From an uncultured Candidatus Rokubacteria bacterium (GTDB lineage Bacteria > Methylomirabilota > Methylomirabilia > Rokubacteriales > DASRDR01): a stretch of 64,000 nucleotides of DNA. The stretch spans positions 288,001 through 352,000 of the forward strand of contig CAVPSB010000012.1 of assembly GCA_963708025.1 (NCBI GenBank), given 5' to 3'. Shown piece after piece: positions 46,794 through 56,743 of the stretch; the first letter of the stretch is position 1, and every line of letters starts with the position of its first letter. Made by a program: the position numbers and the translations under genes. The notes under the pieces are model-generated. The model ran no database searches. It had not been told where the DNA came from and saw nothing but the letters and a program-made list of their open reading frames with translations.

Positions 46794-47882
46794 ATGGTGA
46801 TGACAGTGCTCGGGCCCGTGTCTCCGTCGGCGCTCGGGGTGACGCTGCCCCACGAGCACGTGCTGTGGGACATGGCGCGCACCATGTACACGCCCAGCCC
46901 TGACCCGGCGGAACGGGCCGCAGCCGAGGCGCCGCTGTCGCTCGACACGCTGTGGCGGGTCCGGGAGCGACCGCTCGAGCAGCGGGAGAACCTCGTCCAG
47001 ACCGACGAGACGGTGGCCGCGCGCGAGCTGGAGTTCTACCGGGCGGCCGGCGGCGGCGCGATCGTCGACTGCACCGTCCGCGGGCTGGCCCCGGACCCGG
47101 CCGGGCTCGCCCGCGTCTCCCGGGCGACCGGCGTGCACGTCGTCCTCGGGACCGGCTACTACGTCGCGCGGACCCATCCGCCGGACATGGCGGCCAGGCC
47201 GGTCGAGGCGATCGCCGAGGAGTTCGTGCGCGACCTCACCGAGGGGATCGACGGGACCGGGGTGCGGGCCGGCCTCATCGGCGAGCTGGGGATCGGGGGT
47301 CGGACCGCGTTCGACGGCATCGGCTCGATCGACGAGGTGGCGCCGGCCGAGCTGAAGGTGCTGCAAGCGGCGGCACGTGCCCACCGGATGAGCGGCGCCA
47401 CGATCTCCATCCATCCGCCGCGCTCGCGGGTCAAGGGCCTGCCCCGGTCCCGCCTGGCGCTGGCGGTGCTCGAGATGCTCGAGCGCGACGGGGTGGCCCC
47501 CGAGCGGGTGATCCTCGGCCACCTCGACTCGAGCTGGGAGGAGGACGTCAAGTATCACCAGGAGATCGCCCAGCGAGGAGCCTACGTCGAGTACGACGTG
47601 TGGGGCTGGAACGACCTCTACTGGCCGGCCCGTCGCGACGGCTTCCTGCACGACGCCCGCCGCGTCGAGCTGGTGGAGCGGATGCTGGACGCCGGCTGCG
47701 GCGAGCGGCTTCTCCTCGCGCACGACATTTGCACGCGACATCGCCTGCGGACCTGGGGCGGTCACGGGTACGCCTACCTCCTCGGCTTCGGGGCCGCGAT
47801 GCTGCGGGCCCACGGGATCGGCGACGCGGCGCTGCGGACGCTGATGGTCGAGAACCCGGCACGGGCACTCTCCGGGAGCTGA
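46794..47882 (+). CDS. Phosphotriesterase-family (PHP/PTE-related) metallohydrolase
   Basis: TVLGPV, LPHEHV, GTGYY, AGLIGELG, SIH, LGHLD, LLAHD. Confidence 0.9.
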   Translation: MVMTVLGPVSPSALGVTLPHEHVLWDMARTMYTPSPDPAERAAAEAPLSLDTLWRVRERPLEQRENLVQTDETVAARELEFYRAAGGGAIVDCTVRGLAPDPAGLARVSRATGVHVVLGTGYYVARTHPPDMAARPVEAIAEEFVRDLTEGIDGTGVRAGLIGELGIGGRTAFDGIGSIDEVAPAELKVLQAAARAHRMSGATISIHPPRSRVKGLPRSRLALAVLEMLERDGVAPERVILGHLDSSWEEDVKYHQEIAQRGAYVEYDVWGWNDLYWPARRDGFLHDARRVELVERMLDAGCGERLLLAHDICTRHRLRTWGGHGYAYLLGFGAAMLRAHGIGDAALRTLMVENPARALSGS

Positions 47883-48032
47883 AACTCGTGAACGACTCGA
47901 TTGCTCCGGCCCCCCCCTCCCTCCAGCCAAAGGCCGAAGGCCGTCCAACGGTGGGGGAGGGGGGCCAAAGGCCGAAGGCCGTCGCCAAAGGCCGAAGGCC
48001 GTTCGGAGGATCGGGTGGGCGGGAGGTCCCGA
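47883..48032 (+). repeat. Intergenic repeat family B, copy 6
   Basis: Three CCAAAGGCCGAAGGCCGT modules; ends GGATCGGGTGGGCGGGAGGTCCCGA. Confidence 0.9.
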
Positions 48033-48039
48033 TCAAACC

Positions 48040-48717
48040 TTGAGATACACCTGGCAGTGGGGCGTGATCTGGGACAACTGGCACATCTTCGTGCAAGGCG
48101 CCCTCATGACCCTGTTCCTCACCGGCTCCTCGGTCGGTATCGGCCTGGTGGCCGGACTCTTCCTGGGCCTGGCCAAGCTGTCGAGCCGGCCGTGGCTGCG
48201 CATCCCGGCGTCGGTGTTCGTCGAGGTGTTTCGCGACATCCCGCTGCTGGTGCTCCTGCTCTGGATCTTCTACTGCCTGCCGATCCTCACCGGGCTCAAG
48301 ATCGACATCATCGAGTCGGCGATCCTCGGCATCTCCATCCACGCCTCGGCCTACCTGGCCGAGGTGTACCGGGCCGGGATCCAGTCGGTCGACCGCGGCC
48401 AGATGGAGTCGGCCCGGTCGCTCGGCATGTCGTTCTGGCAGGGCATGCAGCGCATCGTGCTGCCCCAGGCGATCCGCCGCATGATCCCGCCGTTCCTCAA
48501 CGTGACGGCCGACTTCATGAAGGCCTCGGCGCTGGCCTCGGTGGTCGGCGTCTGGGAGCTGCTGCGCCAGACCTCGAACCTGATCGCCAACACCTGGCGC
48601 CCGCTGGAAGCCTACACCGCGGTGGCGGTGACGTACCTGCTCCTCATCTACCCGGTCGTCTGGCTCACCGGCTACGTGGAGCGCCGGCTGGCCCGCCGGG
48701 TGGCCGCGCGAGTCTGA
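48040..48717 (+). CDS. Polar amino acid ABC permease
   Basis: FRDIPLLV, SAYLAEVYRAGI, GQMESARSLG. Confidence 0.92.
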   Translation: MRYTWQWGVIWDNWHIFVQGALMTLFLTGSSVGIGLVAGLFLGLAKLSSRPWLRIPASVFVEVFRDIPLLVLLLWIFYCLPILTGLKIDIIESAILGISIHASAYLAEVYRAGIQSVDRGQMESARSLGMSFWQGMQRIVLPQAIRRMIPPFLNVTADFMKASALASVVGVWELLRQTSNLIANTWRPLEAYTAVAVTYLLLIYPVVWLTGYVERRLARRVAARV

Positions 48718-48732
48718 GAGCGAGACCGCCCC

Positions 48733-49521
48733 GTGCACGATCCGAGCGGGCCCGGCCAGGCCGTGATCAAGATCGAGGACCTCCACAAGTCGTTCGGGGC
48801 CCTGGAGGTCCTCAAGGGCATCGACTTCGAGGTGGACCGGGGCGAGGTCGTCTGCATCCTCGGGCCGAGCGGCTCCGGCAAGAGCACGCTGCTCCGCTGC
48901 GTCAACCTCCTCGAGGTCCCCCAGCGGGGAAGGGTCTATCTCGAGGGCAAGCTGATCGGGTTTCGCGAAGCGGGACCGGATCGGCTCGTCCGGGCCTCGG
49001 AGCGGGAGATCAACCGGGCGCGGTCGGAGATCGGCATGGTCTTCCAGCACTTCAACCTCTGGCCCCACAAGACGGTGCTGGGGAACCTCGTCGAGGCCCC
49101 GCTCCGGGTGCGGAAGCTCTCCCGCGCGGAGGCCGTGAAGCTCGCCGAGGAGCTCCTGAAGAAGGTCGGGCTGATGGACAAGATCGACGCCTTTCCCCCG
49201 ACCCTGTCCGGCGGGCAGCAGCAGCGGGTCGCCATCGCCCGGGCGCTCTGCATGCAGCCGAAGGTGATGCTCTTCGACGAGGTGACGTCGGCCCTCGACC
49301 CGGAGCTGGTCAAGGAGGTGCTGGACGTCATGAAGCAGCTCGCCGCCGAGGGCATGACGATGCTGGTCGTCACCCACGAGATGGGCTTCGCGCGCGAGGT
49401 CGCCGACCGGGTGGTGTTCATGGACGACGGGGTGGTGGTCGAGGAGGGGCAGCCGGACGTGATCTTCTCCAGTCCGGTCAACGACCGGACGCAGCGGTTC
49501 CTGGCAGCCGTCCTCCGGTGA
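48733..49521 (+). CDS. Polar amino acid ABC ATP-binding protein
   Basis: [29 protein letters not shown]. Confidence 0.95.
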   Translation: MHDPSGPGQAVIKIEDLHKSFGALEVLKGIDFEVDRGEVVCILGPSGSGKSTLLRCVNLLEVPQRGRVYLEGKLIGFREAGPDRLVRASEREINRARSEIGMVFQHFNLWPHKTVLGNLVEAPLRVRKLSRAEAVKLAEELLKKVGLMDKIDAFPPTLSGGQQQRVAIARALCMQPKVMLFDEVTSALDPELVKEVLDVMKQLAAEGMTMLVVTHEMGFAREVADRVVFMDDGVVVEEGQPDVIFSSPVNDRTQRFLAAVLR

Positions 49522-49540
49522 CGGGTCGCCGCCGGCAGCT

Positions 49541-49629
49541 GACACCGTGCGAAGGAAGGGGGTCTTCCGGCACCCCCCTCCCCCCAGTGGGTGGGGGAGG
49601 GGGGCTGGGGGGGTGGGAGGGAGGTCCCA
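49541..49629 (+). repeat. Intergenic repeat family B, copy 7
   Basis: CGTGCGAAGGAA...CCCCCCTCCCCCC-AGTGGGT-GGGGGAGGGGGG...GGGAGGTCCC. Confidence 0.88.
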
Positions 49630-49683
49630 AATAACAATCAGAGCGTCCGGACCGCGTCGAGGTCCGGAGGAGAGGGGACAGCC

Positions 49684-50571
49684 ATGAGCAATCGGATGCG
49701 ACGCGAGTTCCTGAAGACGGCCGCCGCCGGCGGCGCCCTCGTGGGCGGCGGGCTCCTCACCGCCGGCGGCGGGCTCCTGAGTCCCACCCCGGCCGCCGCC
49801 CAGACGGGTGAGGACGTCCTCCAGAAGGTCATCAAGGCCAAGCAGATCAACATCGCCGTGGTCATCTACCCGCCGCTCACGATCAAGCAGGGCGGCGAGC
49901 TGTCGGGGACCTTCGTGGAGGCCGCCCGGTGGCTGGCCAAGCAGATGGACGCGACGCCCAGCTTCGTGGAGGCCGAGTTCGGCACGTTCATCGCCGCCAT
50001 CCAGTCCGGCCGGGCCGACATCGCCCTGGCCGGGTCCTTCGCCACCGTGCCGCGCGCGATGGCGGTCAACTTCACCAAGAACGTGATGTGGTTCGGCTCC
50101 AGCGCACTCGTCCGCCAGGCCGACGCCAAGAAGTGGAAGAGCATCGAGGACGCCGATCAGCCGAATGTCCGCTTCATCCAGTCCGAGGGCACCGCCATCC
50201 ACAAGCAGCTCGTCCAGCTGATAAAGAAGGGCAAGGTGATCGCGACCGCCCCCGGCACGGTGCCGGCCAACATGGCGCTCGAGGTCCTGTCCAACCGCGC
50301 CGACATCTACGTCGAGGACGACTGGCTCATCAAGAAGAACGTCGAGCAGCAGAAGGGCAAGCTGGCCGAGATGCCGGCCTACGTGGACAAGCCCTGGGGT
50401 CTGAACGCGGTGTCGTGGGCGGTGGCCAAGGGCCAGCTCAGCATGCTGAACGTGCTGAACGTCGCGGTCGATCGGCTGACCGACAACAACCTGTTCCAGC
50501 AGTGGGACGAGAAGTACGGCGCCCACTGGGCTTACAAGAAGGAAAGCTTCTACCAGTCCACCAAGGGGTAG
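49684..50571 (+). CDS. Family 3 ABC substrate-binding protein with Tat signal
   Basis: MRREFLK twin-arginine motif; IAAIQSGRADI, RAMAVNFT. Confidence 0.85.
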   Translation: MSNRMRREFLKTAAAGGALVGGGLLTAGGGLLSPTPAAAQTGEDVLQKVIKAKQINIAVVIYPPLTIKQGGELSGTFVEAARWLAKQMDATPSFVEAEFGTFIAAIQSGRADIALAGSFATVPRAMAVNFTKNVMWFGSSALVRQADAKKWKSIEDADQPNVRFIQSEGTAIHKQLVQLIKKGKVIATAPGTVPANMALEVLSNRADIYVEDDWLIKKNVEQQKGKLAEMPAYVDKPWGLNAVSWAVAKGQLSMLNVLNVAVDRLTDNNLFQQWDEKYGAHWAYKKESFYQSTKG

Positions 50572-50578
50572 GCGGCAG

Positions 50579-50736
50579 GGCCGATGAGCGTCGCATCGCG
50601 TCGTCCTCGGTCGTCGCCGATCCTCGGCGTACAAGGAGTACGCCTGCGGTCGGCGACTCCCTGCGTCCTAGCGCTGCTCGCTCCTCGGCCCTGCCACCGA
50701 GAACGTGTCATGACTTGGAACCTTCAGGGACCTTAG
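50579..50736 (+). repeat. Intergenic structured repeat family C, copy 3
   Basis: Same core as 7217-7434 without an inserted hairpin; loop variant GTAC-AAGGA-GTAC. Confidence 0.93.
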
Positions 50737-50801
50737 AGCAAGAAGGGCGGGCGGCGCCCGGCCGGTCGGCCGGCCGGGCGCCCGTCGCGCCGTCCACGAG
50801 C

Positions 50802-52391
50802 ATGCTCGACACGGTCATCCGCGGCGGCCTCCTCTTCGACGGCTCCGCCGCGCCGCCGCGGCGCGAGGACGTCGGGATCGCCCGGGGTCGGATCGCGGCC
50901 GTCGGCCGTCTCGACGGGGTCGAGGCGGGGCGGGTGATCGACGCCGGCGGGCGGGCGGTCACCCCCGGCTTCATCGATGCCCACACGCACTCCGAGTACA
51001 CGCTCTACGCGCACCCGCCGGCCGACAGCGCCGTCGGCCAGGGCGTGACCACCCACGTCGCCGGCAACTGCGGCTACTCCTGCGCGCCGCTCACCTCGGA
51101 GGAGCTGGCCAGGCACCTGGTCCTCGGGTTCGAGCCGTCGGTCGGCGTCGCCTGGGCGAGCCTCGACGAGTACTTCTCGGCGGTCGAGCGGGCAGGGGTC
51201 GCCATCAACGTGGCCTCGCTGGTGGGTCACGGCGCGGTGCGCGCCGCCGTCATGGGACTCGCCAGCCGGACGGCGACCGACGCCGAGCTGGCGCGGATGC
51301 AATACGTGCTGGCCCAGGCGCTGGACGAGGGCGCGCTCGGCATGTCCACCGGGCTCGCCTATCCGCCGGGCAACAACGCCGACCGGCGGGAGCTGGGCGC
51401 GCTCTGCGGCGTGGTGGCCCGGCGGGGCGGCGTCCACGCCACCCACGTCCGGAATCGCGACGTGCGGTACGAGGCGGGCTTCGGCGAGGTGCTGGGGGTG
51501 ACCGAGGAGACCGGGGTGCCGCTCCAGATCTCCCACATCGTGACCAAGGTCGGGGCCCCGCCCGGCGCCACCGAGTGGGCGCTCGGGCAGGTGGAGGGCG
51601 CCCGCCGGCGCGGCCTCGACGTCGCCTGCGACATGCTGGTGTGCGAGTGGGGCCCCGGCCAGCTCAGCTCGTTCCTGCGTCCCGAGGCCTTCGAGGGCGG
51701 CCTGGCGGCGACGCTCCGGCGCCTCCGCGACCCGGGCGCCCGGGCGCGCCTCCGGCAGGCCGATCCGAGCTGGCGGATGGCACTGGACCCGACGCAGTAC
51801 GACCGGATGATCCTGGCCCGCGCGCCCCGGACCCCCGAGCTCGTCGGCCGGTCGTTCGCCGAGCTGACCCAGGCCTCGGGCAAGGACTTCCACGAGACGG
51901 CGTGCGAAATCCTCCTCGACCACGAGGACGCGCTCTACGAGGTCTTCATGCTGGGGCGCGCCTTCGAGACGGCCGACACGCTGGCCGCCCTCGCCTACCC
52001 GCACTGCATGCCGGAGTCGGACGATGTGGCGGCGGCCCCCTACGGCGTGCTGCGCCAGGCCGCGCTCACGCCGGGGTGCTACGGCTGGGCCCCGCAGTTC
52101 CTGGCCGAGATGGTGCGGGAGCGCCGGCTCCTCACCGCCGAGGAGGCCGTGCGGAAGCTGACCTCGCTGCCGGCCGACCGCTTCGGGCTCCGGGAGCGCG
52201 GCCGGCTGGCGCCGGGGTACCACGCCGACGTCGTGGTGCTCGACCTCGACCGGGTGGCGACGACCGCCACCCTCGGGGAGTTCGCCCGCCCGCCGATCGG
52301 CATCGAGCACGTGCTCGTCAACGGCACCGTCGTGGTCGAGCGCGGCCGGCACACCGGCGCGCTCCCCGGCCACGTCCTCCGGCGGAGCTGA
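50802..52391 (+). CDS. N-acyl-D-amino-acid deacylase (D-aminoacylase) family
   Basis: PGFIDAHTHSE, GNCGYS, VGHGAVR, GMSTGL, ATHVRN, QISH, LTSLPA, ADVVV. Confidence 0.92.
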   Translation: MLDTVIRGGLLFDGSAAPPRREDVGIARGRIAAVGRLDGVEAGRVIDAGGRAVTPGFIDAHTHSEYTLYAHPPADSAVGQGVTTHVAGNCGYSCAPLTSEELARHLVLGFEPSVGVAWASLDEYFSAVERAGVAINVASLVGHGAVRAAVMGLASRTATDAELARMQYVLAQALDEGALGMSTGLAYPPGNNADRRELGALCGVVARRGGVHATHVRNRDVRYEAGFGEVLGVTEETGVPLQISHIVTKVGAPPGATEWALGQVEGARRRGLDVACDMLVCEWGPGQLSSFLRPEAFEGGLAATLRRLRDPGARARLRQADPSWRMALDPTQYDRMILARAPRTPELVGRSFAELTQASGKDFHETACEILLDHEDALYEVFMLGRAFETADTLAALAYPHCMPESDDVAAAPYGVLRQAALTPGCYGWAPQFLAEMVRERRLLTAEEAVRKLTSLPADRFGLRERGRLAPGYHADVVVLDLDRVATTATLGEFARPPIGIEHVLVNGTVVVERGRHTGALPGHVLRRS

Positions 52392-52417
52392 GGGCCGTGA
52401 GAGGTAGGCGGCGAACG

Positions 52418-52526
52418 ACCCGGAGGGGGGGACCGGGGCGCCCGGAGGGACGCGGCGCACCGAGGGCCGTAGGCCCGAGGCGCCGCGGCGAGCTGGATGG
52501 GCGCGCAGCTCCCCCCCGGCCCGAAT
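52418..52526 (+). repeat. Intergenic palindromic repeat family A, copy 2
   Basis: Matches the reverse complement of 656-765. Confidence 0.9.
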
Positions 52527-52533
52527 AGCAACC

Positions 52534-53517
52534 ATGGCGGTCCTGGTCACCGGCGGCCTGGGCGTGCTGGGCTCGATGGTCAGCGAGGCGCTGGTCGCGC
52601 GTGGCGAGCGGCCCGTCCTCTACGCCCGCCACCTCGACCGCTCGCTGATGCCGCCGGAGGTGATGGACCGGGTGGAGTACGTGCGGGGCGACGTCCTCGA
52701 CCTCCCCAACCTCGTCCACGCGATCCGGGCCCACCGGGTCAGCCGGATCGTCCACATGGCGGCGCTCCTGATCGGCGAGTGCCAGGCGAATCCCTGGCTC
52801 GGCTTCAAGGTCAACGCCGAGGGCGCGGTCAACGTGTTCGAGGCCGCCCGCATGACCGACGTCGCCCGCGTCGTCTACACCAGCTCGAAGTCGGTGTACG
52901 GGGCGGTCGGCGGCGTCCACGGCCACCCCACGTACGCGCCGCTGCCGGAAGACGCGCCGAAGAACCCGGTCCGCGTCTACGACGTGACGAAGCTGGCCGG
53001 CGAGCACATGGCGCAGAACTACGTGGCGAGCTTCGGGCTCGACGTGGTGACGCTCCGGTTCGCGTCAACGTTCGGCCCCGGCAAGCTCATCCGCCACGGC
53101 CCGGTGTCCTGGCACAGCCGGCTGGTCGAGAACGCGCTGGCCGGGCGGCCGGCCCGGCTGCCCCAGGGCGGAGACCAGCCGGACGACATGATCTATCACC
53201 GGGACATCGCGGAGGCGATCGTCCTCGCCTGCTACGCGGAGCGGCTCGAGCACCGGGTGTTCAACGTCGGGCGCGGCGAGCCGGCGACGATGCGGGAGTT
53301 CGCCGCCGCGGTGGGCCGGGTGATCCCGGGCGCGGAGATCGAGGTCGGCCCCGGCCTCGACTACTACGGCAGCGGCATCCCCTACTACTCGGTCTACGAC
53401 ATCGGCCGGGCGCGAAAGGAGCTGGGCTTCGCGCCGCGGTTCGACCTGGAGGCGGGGATCCGCGACTACATCGCCACCATGCGACGGCTGGGCCTCGCGC
53501 CCACGGTCGTCGCGTAA
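52534..53517 (+). CDS. NAD-dependent epimerase/dehydratase (extended SDR)
   Basis: TGGLGVLG, HMAA, YTSS, YDVTK (YxxxK). Confidence 0.92.
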   Translation: MAVLVTGGLGVLGSMVSEALVARGERPVLYARHLDRSLMPPEVMDRVEYVRGDVLDLPNLVHAIRAHRVSRIVHMAALLIGECQANPWLGFKVNAEGAVNVFEAARMTDVARVVYTSSKSVYGAVGGVHGHPTYAPLPEDAPKNPVRVYDVTKLAGEHMAQNYVASFGLDVVTLRFASTFGPGKLIRHGPVSWHSRLVENALAGRPARLPQGGDQPDDMIYHRDIAEAIVLACYAERLEHRVFNVGRGEPATMREFAAAVGRVIPGAEIEVGPGLDYYGSGIPYYSVYDIGRARKELGFAPRFDLEAGIRDYIATMRRLGLAPTVVA

Positions 53518-53531
53518 CGAAGGGGAGAGAC

Positions 53532-53882
53532 ATGGCGGACGCACCGAAGGACGGGATCTGGGTGACCCGGGTCGTGCACCACAAGGCGCGAGCCGGCAAG
53601 GAGGCGCGCTTCCTCGAGATGATGCGGGCGGTCCGGGCCGCCTGGCAGAAGCAGCTCCCCGAGATCAGCGTGCGGATCTATCGCTCGGCGACGGCCGAGC
53701 GCGGCGTCTACATGGCGCTGGTCCGGTTCCGGGCCGAGAACCTCCATCACTTCTACGACTGGTCGGGCGCGGCGCTGGAGCGCGAGTGGGGGAAGAAGGA
53801 GGCCGACACCTTCCTGGCCGAGTACTACGGCTGCCTGGAGGACTCGCGGCAGGTGGCGGTGGTCACCGAGGCCGACGCGTGA
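53532..53882 (+). CDS. Hypothetical protein, possible dimeric alpha/beta barrel (NIPSNAP/ABM-like)
   Basis: GGGGAGA RBS, host-like codon use, HKARAGKEARF pattern; stop overlaps the next GTG. Confidence 0.6.
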   Translation: MADAPKDGIWVTRVVHHKARAGKEARFLEMMRAVRAAWQKQLPEISVRIYRSATAERGVYMALVRFRAENLHHFYDWSGAALEREWGKKEADTFLAEYYGCLEDSRQVAVVTEADA

Positions 53883-55525
53883 CGCCGACGGTCGCCCACC
53901 AGATCGTCGACGCCCTCGCCGCCGCCGGCACCACGCACGTGTTCGGCGTGGTCGGCACCACGACCTTGCCGTTCCTCGACGCCCTTCACGACCGGACGGA
54001 CGTCCAGTACGTCTCGGTCCGCCACGAGCAGGTCGGCGCCTCGGCCGCCGACGGCTACGCGCGCCTGACCCGCCGGCCCGGTGTCGTCCTCGTGCAGGGC
54101 GGCTCCGGGGTGACGAACCTCCTGCTCAGCGTCTGCATCGCCTGGAAGGACCGGGTCCCGATGCTGGTGCTGTCCGGGCTCCAGCCCCAGGCCAAGCTGG
54201 GGCGGGACTCCTGGCAGGAGATCGACGCGGTCCCGATCTTCCAGTCGGTGACGAAGTGGGCCTACCGGGTGACGCGGCCCGACGAGGTGCCGTGGGCCCT
54301 CCGGCGCGCCCTCATCGCCGCGACCTCCGGCCGGCCTGGTCCGGTGCTGTTGGAGATTCCCCGCGACGTCTCCATCCGGCCCGCCGTCGGCCAGGTGGAG
54401 CGGGGCGCCGGCGAGGGGCCGGTGACCACGCCGTGGTCCCGGTCGTCGCCGGGGCCGGCCGAGGTGAAGGCCATCGCCGACGCCATGGGCCGGGCGAAGC
54501 GCCCGCTCCTGCTGCTCGGCGGCGGCGTCCTCTGGTCCGGCGCGGTGGCGGCCGCCCGCGCCCTCGTCGAGGCGACCGGCTGGCCGGTCATCGCCACCGA
54601 CACCTCGCGCGGCATCCTTCCCGAGGATCACCCGGCCTGCCTGGGCTTTCCCGGCCGGATGGGCGACAAGGCGGCCGACGCCGCGCTCCGGGACGCCGAC
54701 TGCGTCCTCGCGATCGGGGCGCGCTTCACCGACGTGACCACGTCCGACTGGACGCTGCCCCCGGCCGGCGCCACCGTGTTCCAGGTCAACGTCGACCCCG
54801 GCGCGCTGGGGCGGGAGCGGCCGGTCGCGCTCGGCGTCGAGGCGGACGCGGCGCGCTTCCTCGACACCATGACGGCGGCGCTCGCCGGCGCCCGGCCGGC
54901 GAACGGCGCGTGGGGCCGGGAGCGCCACGCCGACTTCGCCGCCGAGCGCCGCTCGTTCCTCGACGAGTCCCCCGGCGTGCTGTCGCCGGAGGCGCTGCTG
55001 GCCGGCCTCTCGCCGCGGCTCCGCCGGGACGCCCTCCTCACCATCGGGGCCGGCACACACACCCGCTACTTCAACAAGCTCCTGGTCCGGGAGGCGCCCG
55101 GGAGCCTGCATTCGGCGGGGCTCGGCTCGATGTGCTTCGCGTTTCCGGCCGCCCTCGGCGCCAAGCTGGTCGCGCCGTCCCGCCAGGTGGTCTGCCTGAT
55201 CGGCGACGGCGACTTCGGGATGGTGATGCAGGATCTGGAGACCGTTGCCCGGCTCGGGCTCGAGCTGACGACGGTCGTGTACGACAACGGCGCGTACGGC
55301 CAGAAGGTGATCCAGTACAAGGACTACGGCGGACGCTACGTCGGGGTCGACTTCACGAACCCGGACTTCGGCGCCTACGCGCGGCTTTACGGCCTGACCG
55401 GCGCCCACGTGGCGACGGGGGCGGAGCTGGCGCCGGCGCTCGACCTGGTCTTCGCGGCGAAGACATCGGCGGTCCTCGACGTCGAGCTGGATCCTCTCGC
55501 GCTGCCCAAGGGAATGGACCTGTGA
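53879..55525 (+). CDS. Thiamine pyrophosphate-dependent enzyme (acetolactate synthase-like)
   Basis: VRHEQ..AADGYAR, GRPGPVLLEIP, GDGDFGM...N TPP motif, NPDF. Confidence 0.92.
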   Translation: MTPTVAHQIVDALAAAGTTHVFGVVGTTTLPFLDALHDRTDVQYVSVRHEQVGASAADGYARLTRRPGVVLVQGGSGVTNLLLSVCIAWKDRVPMLVLSGLQPQAKLGRDSWQEIDAVPIFQSVTKWAYRVTRPDEVPWALRRALIAATSGRPGPVLLEIPRDVSIRPAVGQVERGAGEGPVTTPWSRSSPGPAEVKAIADAMGRAKRPLLLLGGGVLWSGAVAAARALVEATGWPVIATDTSRGILPEDHPACLGFPGRMGDKAADAALRDADCVLAIGARFTDVTTSDWTLPPAGATVFQVNVDPGALGRERPVALGVEADAARFLDTMTAALAGARPANGAWGRERHADFAAERRSFLDESPGVLSPEALLAGLSPRLRRDALLTIGAGTHTRYFNKLLVREAPGSLHSAGLGSMCFAFPAALGAKLVAPSRQVVCLIGDGDFGMVMQDLETVARLGLELTTVVYDNGAYGQKVIQYKDYGGRYVGVDFTNPDFGAYARLYGLTGAHVATGAELAPALDLVFAAKTSAVLDVELDPLALPKGMDL

Positions 55526-55610
55526 GAGCTTGAAGCAATGGGTCCTCCGACTCCCCCCTCCCCCCAGTGGGTGGGGGAGGGGGGTTGGGGGGGTAGGAGG
55601 GAGGTCCCGA
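55524..55610 (+). repeat. Intergenic repeat family B, copy 8
   Basis: GGGTCCTCC...GGAGGTCCC outer stem; TGAGAGC occurs on both sides (55523-55529 and 55613-55619). Confidence 0.9.
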
Positions 55611-55641
55611 ACTGAGAGCACCCTCACCTGGAGGAGCGGAC

Positions 55642-56718
55642 ATGGCACACGTGAACGAGACCTCGATCACCCGGCGGGCTTTCCTGGGGACGACCGCGTC
55701 CGGCGCCGTCGCCGCGGCCGCGGGCCTGGCCTGGACGCGTGGCGCCGGCGCCGCCGACCAGGAGCTGGTGGTCGGCCACTGGGGCGGAGCGGGCCCGAAG
55801 GTGATCCGCACCGCGATCTTCCCCGATCTGCAGGCGAAGTTCCCGAACGCGAAGCTGTTCATCCGGGAGGGCGGGGACCAGGACCGAAAGGCGATGCTGC
55901 AGGCCAACCCGACCAACCCGGAGATCGACGTGCTCTACGTGGCAAACACCGACGCCAAGCAGATGACCCGGGACGGGCTGACCGACCCGCCAGATCCCCG
56001 GGCGGTGCCCGAGTTCGCCAACCTCTACCCGGTCGCCCAGGACGGCGCCTACGGCGTCTACCTGCACGCCATCGCCCTGATCTACGACCCCGAGAAGGTC
56101 AAGACGCCGCCCACCTCGTGGCTGGACCTGTGGAAGCCGGAGTACCGGAACCGGGTCCTCGTCCCCAACACCAAGACCGCCGTCAACCAGGCGTTCGTCA
56201 CCGCGATCGTTCGCGCGATGGGGGGCAGCGAGAAGAAGGAGAAGGACGTGGCCGACGCGCGGAAGAAGCTGCTCGACCTGCGCCAGAACGTGGTCGTCTT
56301 CCACACCGGGACCAGCCAGGCGCTGACGGTGATGAAGAGCGGGGACGCCTGGCTGGGCGTCGCCGTCGCCGGCTACGCCTTCGGGGCCAAGGACAAGGGG
56401 CAGGCGGTGGACGTCGCGTACCCGAAGGAAGGCGCCCTGGGCGCGATCGACTACATGACCGTCGCGAAGCACTCGAAGAACAAGGACCTGGCCCTCGCCT
56501 ACGTCAACCTCGCGCTCGGGAAGAAGGCCCAGAAGGACTTCGTCGAGGAAGTGTACTGGGGGCCCACGAACAAGCTGACCGAGGTGTCGCCGAAGGCCCG
56601 CGAGCGGGCGGTGATCGGCGAGGAGGCCGTGAAGAAGCTCATCAACCCCGACTGGGAGTACCTGGCGACGGTGCGGCCGGAGTGGACCGACTGGTGGGAC
56701 AAGAACATGGGGAAGTAG
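55642..56718 (+). CDS. PotD/PotF-like ABC substrate-binding protein with Tat signal
   Basis: ITRRAFL; PPTSWLDLWKPEY; YPKEG. Confidence 0.88.
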   Translation: MAHVNETSITRRAFLGTTASGAVAAAAGLAWTRGAGAADQELVVGHWGGAGPKVIRTAIFPDLQAKFPNAKLFIREGGDQDRKAMLQANPTNPEIDVLYVANTDAKQMTRDGLTDPPDPRAVPEFANLYPVAQDGAYGVYLHAIALIYDPEKVKTPPTSWLDLWKPEYRNRVLVPNTKTAVNQAFVTAIVRAMGGSEKKEKDVADARKKLLDLRQNVVVFHTGTSQALTVMKSGDAWLGVAVAGYAFGAKDKGQAVDVAYPKEGALGAIDYMTVAKHSKNKDLALAYVNLALGKKAQKDFVEEVYWGPTNKLTEVSPKARERAVIGEEAVKKLINPDWEYLATVRPEWTDWWDKNMGK

Positions 56719-56743
56719 CCGGAGCCGGCGGCCGGAGACCCTG

